Assembly (NCBI GenBank): GCA_963748185.1
Contig: CAVVID010000018.1
Coordinates: 6,629 to 70,628 of the forward strand
DNA: 64,000 bases
Direction of reading: 5' to 3'
From: an uncultured Actinomycetota bacterium
Lineage (GTDB): Bacteria; Actinomycetota; Actinomycetes; Propionibacteriales; Nocardioidaceae
Shown here: piece by piece, positions 40,247 through 49,822 of the stretch
Position numbering within the stretch: position 1 is the first letter of the stretch
Layout: every line of letters starts with the position of its first letter
Made by a program: the position numbers and the translations under genes
Notes under the pieces: model-generated
What the model was told of the DNA's origin: nothing
Database searches by the model: none
Seen by the model: only the letters and a program-made list of their open reading frames with translations

Positions 40247-41509
40247 TCATTCGGCTGCCCAGTCAGCGGTCGAGCCAGCGGTGCTGCCTGCGGCCAGGAA
40301 CTGGCGGATCAGTGGGGTCTGTCGGGCTTCCTCGAGCAGGAAGCAGTCGTGACCGTACGGCGCGTCGATCACCTGCAGCTCGACGGGCTTGCCGAGAGTG
40401 CGAAGCGCTTCGTCGATCTCCCGCGATGCCGTCGGCGGGTAGAGCCAGTCGGAGCTGAACGCGATCAGCAGGGTGCGCGCCGAGACGCCTTCGAGGGCTT
40501 GGACGAGTGACCCACCGCCGTACTGCCGAGCGACGTCGAAGTAGGTGAGTGCGCGCGAGGTGTAGAGGTAGGTGTTGGCGTCGAAGCGGCGTACGAACGT
40601 TTCGGCCTGGTGGTCGAGATAGCTCTCGACCTCGAACTCGGGCTCCGTGATCGTGTAGCGGATGTCGTCGGAGAACTGCAGTCTCCTGCCGAACTTGTCG
40701 TCCAGGGCAGGCGCCGAAAGGTAGGTGACATGGCCGACCATGCGCGCCACCCCCATGCCGGCTTCGGGCGCGCGCCCGGTGCCGTAGTAGTGGCCGCCCT
40801 GCCACGCCGGGTCGCGCATGATCGACTCGCGTGCGATCGCGTTCCAGGCCAGCCCCTGCGGGTGGAGGGCGTGCGTGCTCGCGATCGGGACGATGGCGTC
40901 GACCTGGTCAGGGAACTGGATCGCCCACTCCAGCGCCTGCATGCCGCCGAGCGAACCACCGGCCACGGCCGCGAGCCGTTCGATGCCGAGCACGTCGAGG
41001 AACGCGCGCTGTGTGCGCACCATGTCGGCGACCGTGATCACCGGGAAGTCCGACCCGTACGGCGCACCGGTCGCCGGATCGATGGAGGAAGGACCCGTGG
41101 TCCCGCGGCAGCCGCCGAGCAGGTTCGTGGAGACCACGAAGAAGTGGTCGGTGTCGAACGCCTTGCCGGGCCCGATCATCCCGTCCCACCAGCCGAGTCC
41201 CTTGCCCGCCGTACCGTCGCGCTCCTCGGCCGCGAACCCGTCGCGGGTGCTCTCGTCGGTCGTCGTCGGCGAGGAACCGGCCGCGTGGGCGTCGCCGCTC
41301 AGTGCGTGGCAGACGAGGATCACGTTGTCGCGCTGGGGGGAGAGGGTGCCGTACGTTTCGTAGGCGATGCGGACCGGGTGCAGCTCCCGTCCGCAGTCGA
41401 GCGGCACGGGCTGGGGTAGGTCGAGATGCTGCGTCTCGACCGGGCCGACCGATCCGATCGGGCCGACCGGGTCGACCGAGCCGGTCGTGCGCGTCCACGT
41501 GGGCGCCAT
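40247..41509 (-). CDS. metX: Homoserine O-acetyltransferase
   Basis: CHALSGDAH, GWWDGMIGPG, GGSLGGMQA, RRFDANTY, SDWLYP, YGHDCFL. Confidence 0.95.
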   Translation of the reverse strand: MAPTWTRTTGSVDPVGPIGSVGPVETQHLDLPQPVPLDCGRELHPVRIAYETYGTLSPQRDNVILVCHALSGDAHAAGSSPTTTDESTRDGFAAEERDGTAGKGLGWWDGMIGPGKAFDTDHFFVVSTNLLGGCRGTTGPSSIDPATGAPYGSDFPVITVADMVRTQRAFLDVLGIERLAAVAGGSLGGMQALEWAIQFPDQVDAIVPIASTHALHPQGLAWNAIARESIMRDPAWQGGHYYGTGRAPEAGMGVARMVGHVTYLSAPALDDKFGRRLQFSDDIRYTITEPEFEVESYLDHQAETFVRRFDANTYLYTSRALTYFDVARQYGGGSLVQALEGVSARTLLIAFSSDWLYPPTASREIDEALRTLGKPVELQVIDAPYGHDCFLLEEARQTPLIRQFLAAGSTAGSTADWAAE

Positions 41510-41596
41510 TGCGCGATGCTAGCCGGTGAGCGCGGCTATATTGTCAGGTATCCCACTAGGGATGATAGAGAAACGGGCGAAAGGGACTCACACGAC

Positions 41597-42148
41597 ATGA
41601 CCACCACGACCGACAACGGCGTAAACGTCCAGGCACTCCTCGATGCACGCGATGTGCTCAAGGGCGCACCGGAGGCCGCGCAGTTCACCTGGAAGGCCAC
41701 CTCCAAGTGGGAAGGCGGCGTGCACACCAGCACCAGGATCCAGAACTTCTTCGGCCTCGGCGAGGAGCAGAACCACAAGGACGAGACGGTGCTGCAAGCC
41801 GACCACCCCGAGGTCTTCGCGGCGCCGGACGTCGCCATCACGCCGATCGAGTACCTCCTCGTCGGGCTGACCAGCTGCCTGACCGGTGGGATCGCATCGG
41901 TCGCGCAGAACCGGGGCATCCAGCTGCGATCGGTCGAGGCGACCATCGAGGGCAACCACGACATCCGCGGAATCCTGGGTGCCGACAGCGACGTACGCAA
42001 CGGCTTCAACGACATCAAGGTCAAGTTCAACATCGACGCGGACGCGTCGCCGGAGGACATCGAGGCGTTGGTGGCGCAGTCCCAGAAGCGCTCCGCAGTC
42101 TTCGACGCGCTGACGAACCCCACGGACGTGACCGTCGAGGTTGTCTGA
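41597..42148 (+). CDS. OsmC-family protein (single Cys)
   Basis: ADHPEVF, TPIEYLLVGLTSCLT, RGILG...VRNGF, QKRSAVFD (Ser in place of the second Cys). Confidence 0.88.
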   Translation: MTTTTDNGVNVQALLDARDVLKGAPEAAQFTWKATSKWEGGVHTSTRIQNFFGLGEEQNHKDETVLQADHPEVFAAPDVAITPIEYLLVGLTSCLTGGIASVAQNRGIQLRSVEATIEGNHDIRGILGADSDVRNGFNDIKVKFNIDADASPEDIEALVAQSQKRSAVFDALTNPTDVTVEVV

Positions 42149-43403
42149 GCGCTTGTCCGACAGCGAGGCCGTCGAGCACGTCACCACGGTCGTCATCGGC
42201 GCGGGCCACGCCGGCCTCGCTGCCAGCCACTTCCTCAGCGAGCGGTCGATCGACCATGTCGTGCTCGAGCGCGGCGAGGTGGCGAACTCCTGGCGGCGCG
42301 AGCGCTGGGACTCCTTGCGGCTGCTCACCCCCAATCGGCAGAGCAACCTCCCTGGTCATCGCTACGAGGGGCCGGATCCCGACGGCTACATGACGATGGG
42401 CGAGGTCGTCTCGCTCATCGAGGACTTCGCGAAGGTCTCGGGCGCCCCGGTCCGGACCGGAGTGGAAGTCACCTCCGTGAGGCGTACGGGCGGTGGGTAC
42501 GACGTGACGACGAGCAGTGGTGATCTCCGCTGCCAGACGTTGGTGATCGCGAGTGGTGCCTGCAACCGACCCGTGGTGCCGGGGTTCAGTGATGCGCTGC
42601 CCGCAACCGTCGAGCAGCTGACGGCGTTCGACTACCGCAATCCCGACCAGCTCACAGACGGCGGCGTGCTCGTCGTCGGCGCGTCGGCGACCGGCGTACA
42701 GCTCGCAGCGGAGATCAGAGAGTCGGGCCGGCCGGTGACGCTCTCGGTGGGGGAGCACGTGCGGTTGCCGCGCACCTACCGCGGACGCGACGTGCTCTGG
42801 TGGATGGACGCGTCAGGGATGTGGGACGAGCGGTACGACGAGGTCGACGACCTCGACCGCGCTCGTCGGCTGCCCTCGCCGCAGCTCGTCGGAAGTCCGG
42901 AGCGGACGACACTCGATCTGAACGCACTCCAGGACATGGGTGTCGAGCTGGTGGGTCGTTGGGCGACGATCCGCGACGGTCGCGCCCTGTTCTCCGGCGG
43001 CCTGCGCAACGTGTTCTCGCTGTCGGACCTGAAGATGAGGCGGCTGTTGGGCACCTTCGATGACTGGGCCCAGGCGGACGGCCACGGTGACGAGTTCGAC
43101 CCGCCGGAGACCTTCGAGTCGACAAGGGTGCCTGAGTCGCAGCGGCTGCAGCTCGATCTGGAGAGCGGCGAGATCCGAACTGTCGTGTGGGCGACAGGCT
43201 TCCGGCCCGACTACTCGTGGCTCGACGTACCGGTGCTCGACGAGAAGGGACACCTGCGTCACGAGGGCGGAGTGGTCGACTCCCCGGGCGCCTACGCGCT
43301 CGGCCTGCCCGTCCTGCGACGTCGCAAGTCCACCTTCATCCACGGCATCGAGGACGACGCGCGCGAGGTCATCGACCAGCTGGCGGCGTACCTCGCCGGG
43401 TGA
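42141..43403 (+). CDS. Flavin-containing monooxygenase / FAD-NAD(P)H oxidoreductase
   Basis: VIGAGHAGL, WRRERWDSLRLLTPN, YRNPDQL, VVGASATGVQLA, WATGFRPD. Confidence 0.9.
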   Translation: MSERLSDSEAVEHVTTVVIGAGHAGLAASHFLSERSIDHVVLERGEVANSWRRERWDSLRLLTPNRQSNLPGHRYEGPDPDGYMTMGEVVSLIEDFAKVSGAPVRTGVEVTSVRRTGGGYDVTTSSGDLRCQTLVIASGACNRPVVPGFSDALPATVEQLTAFDYRNPDQLTDGGVLVVGASATGVQLAAEIRESGRPVTLSVGEHVRLPRTYRGRDVLWWMDASGMWDERYDEVDDLDRARRLPSPQLVGSPERTTLDLNALQDMGVELVGRWATIRDGRALFSGGLRNVFSLSDLKMRRLLGTFDDWAQADGHGDEFDPPETFESTRVPESQRLQLDLESGEIRTVVWATGFRPDYSWLDVPVLDEKGHLRHEGGVVDSPGAYALGLPVLRRRKSTFIHGIEDDAREVIDQLAAYLAG

Positions 43404-43412
43404 GGCCTGCGC

Positions 43413-44147
43413 CTACTCCGAGCGGTCCACGCCGATGGCGTCTGATGCCAACCGGCGGTAGACGGGGAGCGCTGCCTGGTAGGCCTCGCGCAGCCGCGGC
43501 TGGTCGGGCCCGGGCGGGGGAGGAGGGTCGCGCAGCTCGCCGAAGCCAGTGGCGCGCGCGGTGGAGGCGTGCCACTCGCCCCACACCTCCCACCCGGGCT
43601 GCATTCCCGGCTCCCACGTGAGGGCGTTCTCGTCGTACGGCAGGTCCATCCGCTCGCACCACTCCGCCACCACCTTCGGGGGATTGCGGCACAGGGTGTT
43701 CGCCTCCAGGACGACCCTCGGCTGGCCGAGCGAGTCGGTGATGCGGGCCGCCTCGTCGAGGTGTGCCCAACCGGTCTCGTCGTCAGTGAAGTCGGGCCAG
43801 TGTCGTGCCAGGGAGCGCAGCGTTGCTGCCGGGTCGCGCACGAGGAAGCAGTTCTCGAAGCGGCTGAGCAGGTCGGGGCCGAGCAGCTTCGTCGCCTGGT
43901 AGGCCATGTCCTTGACGAAGACCGGCCGCTGGAGCGCGGCCTTCTCGATCTTCTCCAGCACCTCCTCGGCCGAGCTCTCGGGGAGGGTCTCGTCGAAGCG
44001 TGCGGACCGCCGGTCCGGCCCGAAGTAGTAGGAGTGGGAGAACGGCTCGTCGAAGACCGTGTGGTCACCTCGCGCAGTCATCATCCGCTCGAACGAGGTC
44101 GACACGGACCTCGGCACGCTCCACAGGACGATGACGCGATGGCTCAT
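43413..44147 (-). CDS. Sulfotransferase-like P-loop protein
   Basis: Real start MSHRVIVLWSVPRSVSTSFERMM; DEPF, VFVKDMAY, FLVRDP, WHAS...TGF. Confidence 0.8.
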   Translation of the reverse strand: MSHRVIVLWSVPRSVSTSFERMMTARGDHTVFDEPFSHSYYFGPDRRSARFDETLPESSAEEVLEKIEKAALQRPVFVKDMAYQATKLLGPDLLSRFENCFLVRDPAATLRSLARHWPDFTDDETGWAHLDEAARITDSLGQPRVVLEANTLCRNPPKVVAEWCERMDLPYDENALTWEPGMQPGWEVWGEWHASTARATGFGELRDPPPPPGPDQPRLREAYQAALPVYRRLASDAIGVDRSE

Positions 44148-44436
44148 GAGCTCTCGATTCGTCGGCGTGACTAGTCGAGAAGTATGGCGGCTCGGCTGGT
44201 TCAGCCGTTGGGCGTCCACTGGTCGGCATACCTCTCGGCCAAGAGCATCGGCGTCCCCTGTAGCCACCGGATCGCTGCACGGCACCGGTGCCGTGCACGT
44301 CGTCAATGTCACCGGCGGCTTCGCCTCCCGCTCGTGGGTGGCCGGGGTCGGGGCCGTCCCCGGCGGCGCAAGCCGGTTCGGGAGGTCCTTGAGCGGCGAC
44401 GACGACCTCGGGTGAGGGGTGTGCGGCTCGGGGTGT

Positions 44437-44735
44437 GGTGGTTTCGAGACGCTCGTTCCTCGCTCCTCAACCACCGGGGTCTGGTCGATGATCGATGTAC
44501 GACGGCCAGCGTCGAGGTGGCTCGGTGGCCGCAACCCATAGGTCGTCGAGCAGCGAGCGAAGCGAGCGGTCAGACGAGACCACTCACGCGAGGGACGTGT
44601 GCGAACCGGTGGGTGGTTTCGAGACGCTCGTTCCTCGCTCCTCAACCACCGAATTGTGTCTGCGTCGAGCAGCTCGGTGGCTGCAACCCATGGGTGGTCG
44701 AGCAGCGAGCGAAGCGAGCGGTCAGACGAGACCAT
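44437..44735. repeat. BIME/REPIN-like array of alternating palindromic units A-B-A-B
   Basis: A = GGTGGTTTCGAGACGCTCGTTCCTCGCTCCTCAACCACC at 44437-44475 and 44612-44650 (identical); B core = GTCGAGCAGCGAGCGAAGCGAGCGGTCAGACGAGACCA in units at ~44541-44582 and ~44693-44734, each preceded by GCTCGGTGGCYGCAACCCAT; B resembles A in the opposite orientation. Confidence 0.88.
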
Positions 44736-44777
44736 GCATCGCGACGGACGATCGAGTCCGATCCACGGCGTCAGTTC

Positions 44778-45461
44778 TCAGCCGCCGCGGTGGAAGGTCG
44801 ACCCGCACCGACAGGTGAGCAGGGCCCGCACGCCACAGGTGACCTCGGCCAGCGACTCGACCGGTCCACCGGGGAAGGGCAGTCGAAGCGTCGACACACC
44901 GATCCCGGTGACGAGCGCGAGCTCGAGCCCGTAGCGGTCGATCGCTCGAGGCACGACCGCCTGGGCCTCCGGCAGGCCGTGGGCGCGCGCACAGGCGAGC
45001 AGCTCCGGGGCGTGGGCCTGCTCGAGGTGGTCGAGGACCTTCTCGGCGTGCGGCCAGAACGGGTCCGGTGAGGCGGCGTGGAAGTCGCCCAGCGGGACGG
45101 GCACGACCTTGCGCCAGCCGACAAGGCGAGCCGAGAGCAGCGAGACGCGGAAGCCGCGCAGGGCTTCGCCGTCGCGCTTGCACGGCATCGCGGGCCCGGT
45201 CAGCTGCAGCGCGACGAACGGGCCGGGAGCCGCGACCGAGATCGTCGCCACCGGGCAGGCGGTCAGCCTGCGCACCATCGCGGAGGTCCGCTCCAGCTGC
45301 ACGAGTGGCCGGCCGTCCGGCGAGTCCTCGACCTTGACGACCGCCAGCGAGTCGCCCGAGGCACCCCGGCCGCGGCTGATCAGGGTCGCGGCGCTGGCTT
45401 GCGCCAACGCAGTGCGGGCGAGCTCGGCCGTGGACGGCTGTTGGTGCGGCCCGGGTTCCAT
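44778..45461 (-). CDS. DUF2470 / HugZ-like protein (split-barrel plus C-terminal DUF2470)
   Basis: AELARTAL; FHAASPDP...VLDHLEQAH...RAIDRYGLEL...LRLPF. Confidence 0.8.
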   Translation of the reverse strand: MEPGPHQQPSTAELARTALAQASAATLISRGRGASGDSLAVVKVEDSPDGRPLVQLERTSAMVRRLTACPVATISVAAPGPFVALQLTGPAMPCKRDGEALRGFRVSLLSARLVGWRKVVPVPLGDFHAASPDPFWPHAEKVLDHLEQAHAPELLACARAHGLPEAQAVVPRAIDRYGLELALVTGIGVSTLRLPFPGGPVESLAEVTCGVRALLTCRCGSTFHRGG

Positions 45462-45471
45462 GCATGGATTC

Positions 45472-45492
45472 TTTAGGTAAGGCTTACCTAAA
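45472..45492. promoter_or_regulatory. IdeR/DtxR iron box
   Basis: Perfect palindrome TTTAGGTAAG-G-CTTACCTAAA; core TTAGGTAAGGCTTACCTAA matches the consensus TTAGGTTAGGCTAACCTAA at 17/19; 10 bp upstream of the DUF2470 start. Confidence 0.9.
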
Positions 45493-45617
45493 TCAAGTCC
45501 TCCATGGGCATTTGCCCAACTCAGTTCCGAAGGAGACCGAGTCGCAGTCTGGGGGAGGACGGCGGCACGAGGTGAGGCTGCCTTGCTTGTCGCGGCACCC
45601 TTTTCTGGGACCCTGCA

Positions 45618-47031
45618 GTGGTGAGCGACAGCGAAGGGGACCCCGGGCCGACCGATTCCCAGGTGATCGCGCACAGCTGGGCCGAGACCGACCGGTTCAT
45701 CCCGCGAAGGGTCGTGCGCCCACTCCAGCGGCTGATGTCGTTCGAGATCAGCACGGCCGTGCTGATCCTGGTGGCAGTCGTGGTGGCGATGGTCCTCGCG
45801 AACAGCGGCCTCGCGGAGGCCTACGAGGACTTCTGGGAGACGCAGGTGGAGCTCCGCCTGGGGGAGTGGGAGCTCCTCCACCTGTCCCTGCGCGAGGTCG
45901 TCAACGACGGCCTGATGACGATCTTCTTCTTCGTCGTCACGCTCGAGATCAAGCGCGAGCTCATCTTCGGGGAGCTGCGTGACCGGCGTACCGCCGCGTT
46001 GCCGATCGTGGCGGCTGTCGGCGGCATGGTCGTCCCCGGGCTCATCTACGCGATCTTCAACGCAGGCACCGAGGCGTCGAGCGGCTGGGGGATCCCGATG
46101 GCCACGGACATCGCGTTCGCGGTCGCGGTCGTCCTCGCGGTCGGTCCGCGGGTGCCCGCCTCTGCCCGGCTGTTCCTGCTGACCCTGGCGATCGTCGACG
46201 ACCTCGGCGCGATCACGGTGATCGCCGTGTTCTACACCGCAGACCTCTCCCTGGCCTGGCTGGCCGGTGCCGCCGGCGTGCTGGTCCTCGTCTGGGTGCT
46301 GCGGCAGGTCCGCGTGCGCTCGATCCTCGTGTACGTCGTGCTGGGGCTGATCTGCTGGTTCATGATGCACGAGTCCGGCGTCCACTCGACGATCGCCGGA
46401 GTTGCGCTCGCGTTCCTCACGCCCGCGTGGTCGCTGCTCCCCCCGCAGAAGTACCCCGAGGTCGCCTACCGGCTGGTCGACGAGGTCTCCGAGCGGACCG
46501 GCGACGGTGTGCTGACCCACGACGAGCACGAGCTGAACCACGGCACGCTGAGGGAGATCGGCCGGCTGTCCACCGAGACCCAGGCGCCGCTCGACCGGCT
46601 GGAGTACCGCCTCGTGCCGTGGTCCAGCTTCCTGGTGATCCCGCTGTTCGCGTTCGCCAACGGCGGGCTCACCCTTCCCGACGTACCGGTCGGAGGACTG
46701 GCTGGGCGACCCGGTCGTGCTGGGCGTCGGCCTCGGACTCCTCCTCGGCAAGACGATCGGCGTCTTCGGTGCCGCCTGGCTGGCGGTCCGCACCGGGTGG
46801 GCGAGGATGCCCGACTCGATGAACAACCTCCACCTGCTGGGGGTGGCGATGGCTGCGGGGGTCGGCTTCACCGTCGCCCTGTTCGTGGCGAACCTCGCCT
46901 TCACCTCCCCGGCCCTGAACGAGATGGCCAAGCTCGGCATCATGCTCGGCAGCGTGCTGGCCGCGGTCCTCGGCTACCTCACCCTCCGGTTCTCCACCCG
47001 CGAGCCGACCAGTGAGTCGGCCAGCCGGTAG
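45618..47031 (+). CDS. nhaA: Na+/H+ antiporter NhaA (frameshift near 46697)
   Basis: VNDGLMTIFFFVVTLEIKRE, GWGIPMATDIAFA, LAIVDDLGAI, SGVHSTIAG, PLFAFAN, GVGFTVALF, AKLGI. Confidence 0.95.
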
Positions 47032-47115
47032 ACATCGCCAACCCCACGCGGCAAGGTTTGTCCCGCCGCCCCGAGCACCTGTTTCGGGGGCACCTGCGAC
47101 GTGGAGGAGCGAGAT

Positions 47116-47682
47116 ATGAACCTGGTCCGAAAGCCCCCGGCGATCGTGCGCTGGACGCAGCGACTCGAGGACGCCACGGTGCTCGACGGTGCGGTGCGGG
47201 CGGTGGAGCCGACGGTCCAGGCCGCCTTCGGCACCGGGACTCGCGCGTCCGTCCTGCGAGGCGAGTGGCTCGGCCACGCGCTGCACCCGGTGCTCACCGA
47301 CGCCGTCCTCGGCACCTGGACCTCGGCCAGCCTGCTCGACCTTCTCGGCGGTCGCGACGCGGCCCCCTCGGCGCAGCGACTCGTCGGCCTCGGGCTGCTT
47401 GCCGCTGCCCCGACCTTCTGGACCGGCTGGGCCGAGTGGACGACAGCCGGCACCCGTGCCAAGCGCGTCGGCGTCGTGCACGCGGTGACCAACGGCACCG
47501 CCCTCAGCGCCTACGCGGCGTCCTGGCTGGCCCGCCGCCGGGGCGACCACGCCCGCGGCGTCAGGCTGGCCCTCGCGGGAGCGGCCGTGTCTGGAGTCGG
47601 CGCCTACCTGGGCGGTCACCTCGTCTCGGTCCGCAAGGTGGGCAGCCACCACCCGGCGTACGACGGCCCGCTCGGGGTCTGA
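47116..47682 (+). CDS. DUF2231-like membrane protein
   Basis: LRGEWLGHALHPVLTD, TGWAEW, RVGVVHA, GAYLGGHL. Confidence 0.8.
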   Translation: MNLVRKPPAIVRWTQRLEDATVLDGAVRAVEPTVQAAFGTGTRASVLRGEWLGHALHPVLTDAVLGTWTSASLLDLLGGRDAAPSAQRLVGLGLLAAAPTFWTGWAEWTTAGTRAKRVGVVHAVTNGTALSAYAASWLARRRGDHARGVRLALAGAAVSGVGAYLGGHLVSVRKVGSHHPAYDGPLGV

Positions 47683-47692
47683 GACAGAAACG

Positions 47693-47744
47693 GAAAGACC
47701 GAACCGCCCGGGCGCTAGGCATGCCGGGCGGTTCGGTGTCTTTC
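47693..47744. terminator. Bidirectional intrinsic terminator between convergent genes
   Basis: GAAAGACCGAACCGCCCGG ... CCGGGCGGTTCGGTGTCTTTC inverted repeat. Confidence 0.75.
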
Positions 47745-47754
47745 GGGTCGAGCG

Positions 47755-48695
47755 CTATCGCAGCTTGACGGCGCCCTTGTGGACGCGCTTGAACGCGGCC
47801 TGCTTGGTGGCCAGGCTCAGCTTCCAGTTCGCGACGCTGTGCAGGTTGGTGTTGAAGTAGGAGAAGGCAATACCGCCGTGCAACTTCAAGGCCTTGTAGA
47901 CCCGGTCCATCCAGCCCGGATCCTTGCGGGCGGCCGGGTCGCTGTAGGCCACCTCGGCCAGCCCCCACCTGACACCGGTCTTCTTCGCCCAGGCCTGGAT
48001 CGGCCGGAAGTAGTGGTTGGTCCACTGCTTCCATCCCGTGTATCCCTTGACGCCGTACTTCTCGTAGATGTCGAAGCCGACCACGTCGATCTTGGTCTTC
48101 GGCCAGGTCCTGGCGAGGGAGTACTTCGCGTCGCCGTAGAACTGGTGGTAGCCCATCAGGATGATGCTGTAGCCGAGGTTCGGCGCCGCGGCGCGCATGA
48201 TCGGCGCGAGACGTGCCTGCATCCGCTTCCAAGCCTGGATGTCGCCGTCGCCCTCGGGCTCGTGGTGGATGGCGACCCAGACGGGCCGTTGACGGTCTTC
48301 ATGGCCCTGGCCAGGCCCCGGGCCCAGGCGTCGCCCTTGCCGTTCGCCATGGCGGACCACGAGTACGGCGGCTTGAAGCTCATCCAGGGCACGCGGTTGC
48401 GGGCTGCATCAGCCTTGGCCGTCTTGACGGCGGAGGAGTAGCTCGATCCCCAGTAGGTGCGGTGCACGCCGAGGCTCTTGCCGCCGAGCGCGGTCTCCCA
48501 CCTGCTCAGGTTGGTGTTGGCGCCGTAGGCGCCCCCCATGTAGGCGCCGCTGCTCGGGATACCGCGCGGGCCGGCGGTGCCCCCGTTGGTCAGCGGGCTG
48601 GACGCCGACGTTGACGGCGCGGCAGGTCCGGCGAGGGCCAGGACGAGCGGAATGAGGGCAGCAGCAAAGATGAGTTTCGAGTGTTTTAGGCGCAT
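47755..48695 (-). CDS. Secreted GH26-like glycoside hydrolase (frameshift near 48285)
   Basis: Signal peptide; HRTYW, PWMSFKP, VAIHHEPE (acid/base), DVVGFDIY, WGLAEVA (nucleophile), SYFN. Confidence 0.75.
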
Positions 48696-48937
48696 TGGCT
48701 CGCTTCACGGAAGACGACAAGGACACCCACCCCCGCCGCACGGTCCGATGACCTGAGGTCCGCGGTAAGCCGTATGGGCAGGAGGAAAATAGCCCAGATG
48801 GAGCAGTACGTCGAAAATCGTGACGAGGTGGACCAATGATTAACCCGCAGATTGGTCTAGTTTCACTAGCGCACAAGCGGCATTAGTTGCAAATTGCTAC
48901 AAAACGGTCGTGACTCTGGTCCCTCGGGAACCCTGCG

Positions 48938-49798
48938 TCACATCTCCTCGTGGAAGTCGGGGTCCCCGTCGAAGCGCCGACCGCGGTCCTGGGCCAGGGC
49001 GGAGATGCCTTCGACCTCCTCCTCGGTGAGCTCGAAGCCGAAGATGTCGAGGTTCTGCTGCTGCCGCTCCGGGCTGCTCGACTTCGGGATCGGTAGCGAG
49101 CCGAGCTGCACGTGCCAGCGCAGGATCACCTGACCCGGGGTCACTCCCGCGCGGTCAGCAGCCTGCGTGACGGCCGGCTCGTCCAGGGGGGCGGTGCTCT
49201 TGCCCAGCGGGCTCCAGGCCTCGGTGCAGATGCCCAGTCGCTCGTGCACCGCGCGCAGCTCGGCTTGCGGGAACCGCGGGTGCAGCTCGATCTGGTTGAC
49301 CGCCGGGGTCACGTCGGTCGCCTCGATGATGTCGGTGAGGTGGGCCTCGGTGAAGTTGGAGACGCCGATCGAACGCACCAGTCCCTGCTGGCGGAGGTCG
49401 ACGAGCGCCCGCCAGGCCTCGACGTACTTGCCGACACTCGGGTTGGGCCAGTGGATGAGGTGCAGGTCGAGGTAGTCGAGCCCGAGGCGCTCCAGCGATC
49501 CGTGCACCGAGGCCACGGCGTCGTCGTACCCGTGGTGGCGTCCCGGCAGCTTGCTGGTCACCTGCACCTCGTCACGGGGTACGCCGGACCTGCGGATCGC
49601 CTCGCCGACCTCGGTCTCGTTCTCGTAGTTCACTGCGCTGTCGAGGAGCCGGTAGCCCGCCTCGATCGCGTGCACCATGGCGGTGACGCCGTCCTCACCC
49701 TTGAGCGGGTGAGTCCCGAAGCCGACGGCGGGGAGCGTGGCTCCGTCGTTCAGCGTGTACGTCGGAATGCTCGCTGTCTGATCCTGTTCCGGGGCCAT
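48938..49798 (-). CDS. Aldo/keto reductase (2,5-diketo-D-gluconate reductase-like)
   Basis: GFGT, DSAVNYENE, TSKL, LIHWP, IGVSNF, NQIELHP, IPKS. Confidence 0.93.
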   Translation of the reverse strand: MAPEQDQTASIPTYTLNDGATLPAVGFGTHPLKGEDGVTAMVHAIEAGYRLLDSAVNYENETEVGEAIRRSGVPRDEVQVTSKLPGRHHGYDDAVASVHGSLERLGLDYLDLHLIHWPNPSVGKYVEAWRALVDLRQQGLVRSIGVSNFTEAHLTDIIEATDVTPAVNQIELHPRFPQAELRAVHERLGICTEAWSPLGKSTAPLDEPAVTQAADRAGVTPGQVILRWHVQLGSLPIPKSSSPERQQQNLDIFGFELTEEEVEGISALAQDRGRRFDGDPDFHEEM

Positions 49799-49822
49799 TC
49801 CCCAACTGTGTCAAACGGCTGT

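Noticed and set aside
44437-44735. Possible mini-CRISPR array
   Set aside because: Units alternate in type and orientation, spacers are partly conserved, no cas genes or leader are present, and a copy occurs at lutC; it fits a REP/BIME-like repeat.
43413-44735. 440-aa ORF as a long N-terminally extended sulfotransferase
   Set aside because: The first ~195 codons run through the repeat array and low-complexity DNA; family similarity starts at MSHRVIVLW (44147).
45495-45617. nhaA-I/II or Na+ riboswitch upstream of nhaA
   Set aside because: I could not match the conserved motif by eye; an Infernal/Rfam search would be needed.
48696-48930. Riboswitch in the AT-richer leader of the GH26 gene (hairpin GACCAAT...ATTGGTC at 48831-48857)
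   Set aside because: A single short stem with no recognisable c-di-AMP or c-di-GMP aptamer signature; probably ordinary promoter DNA.
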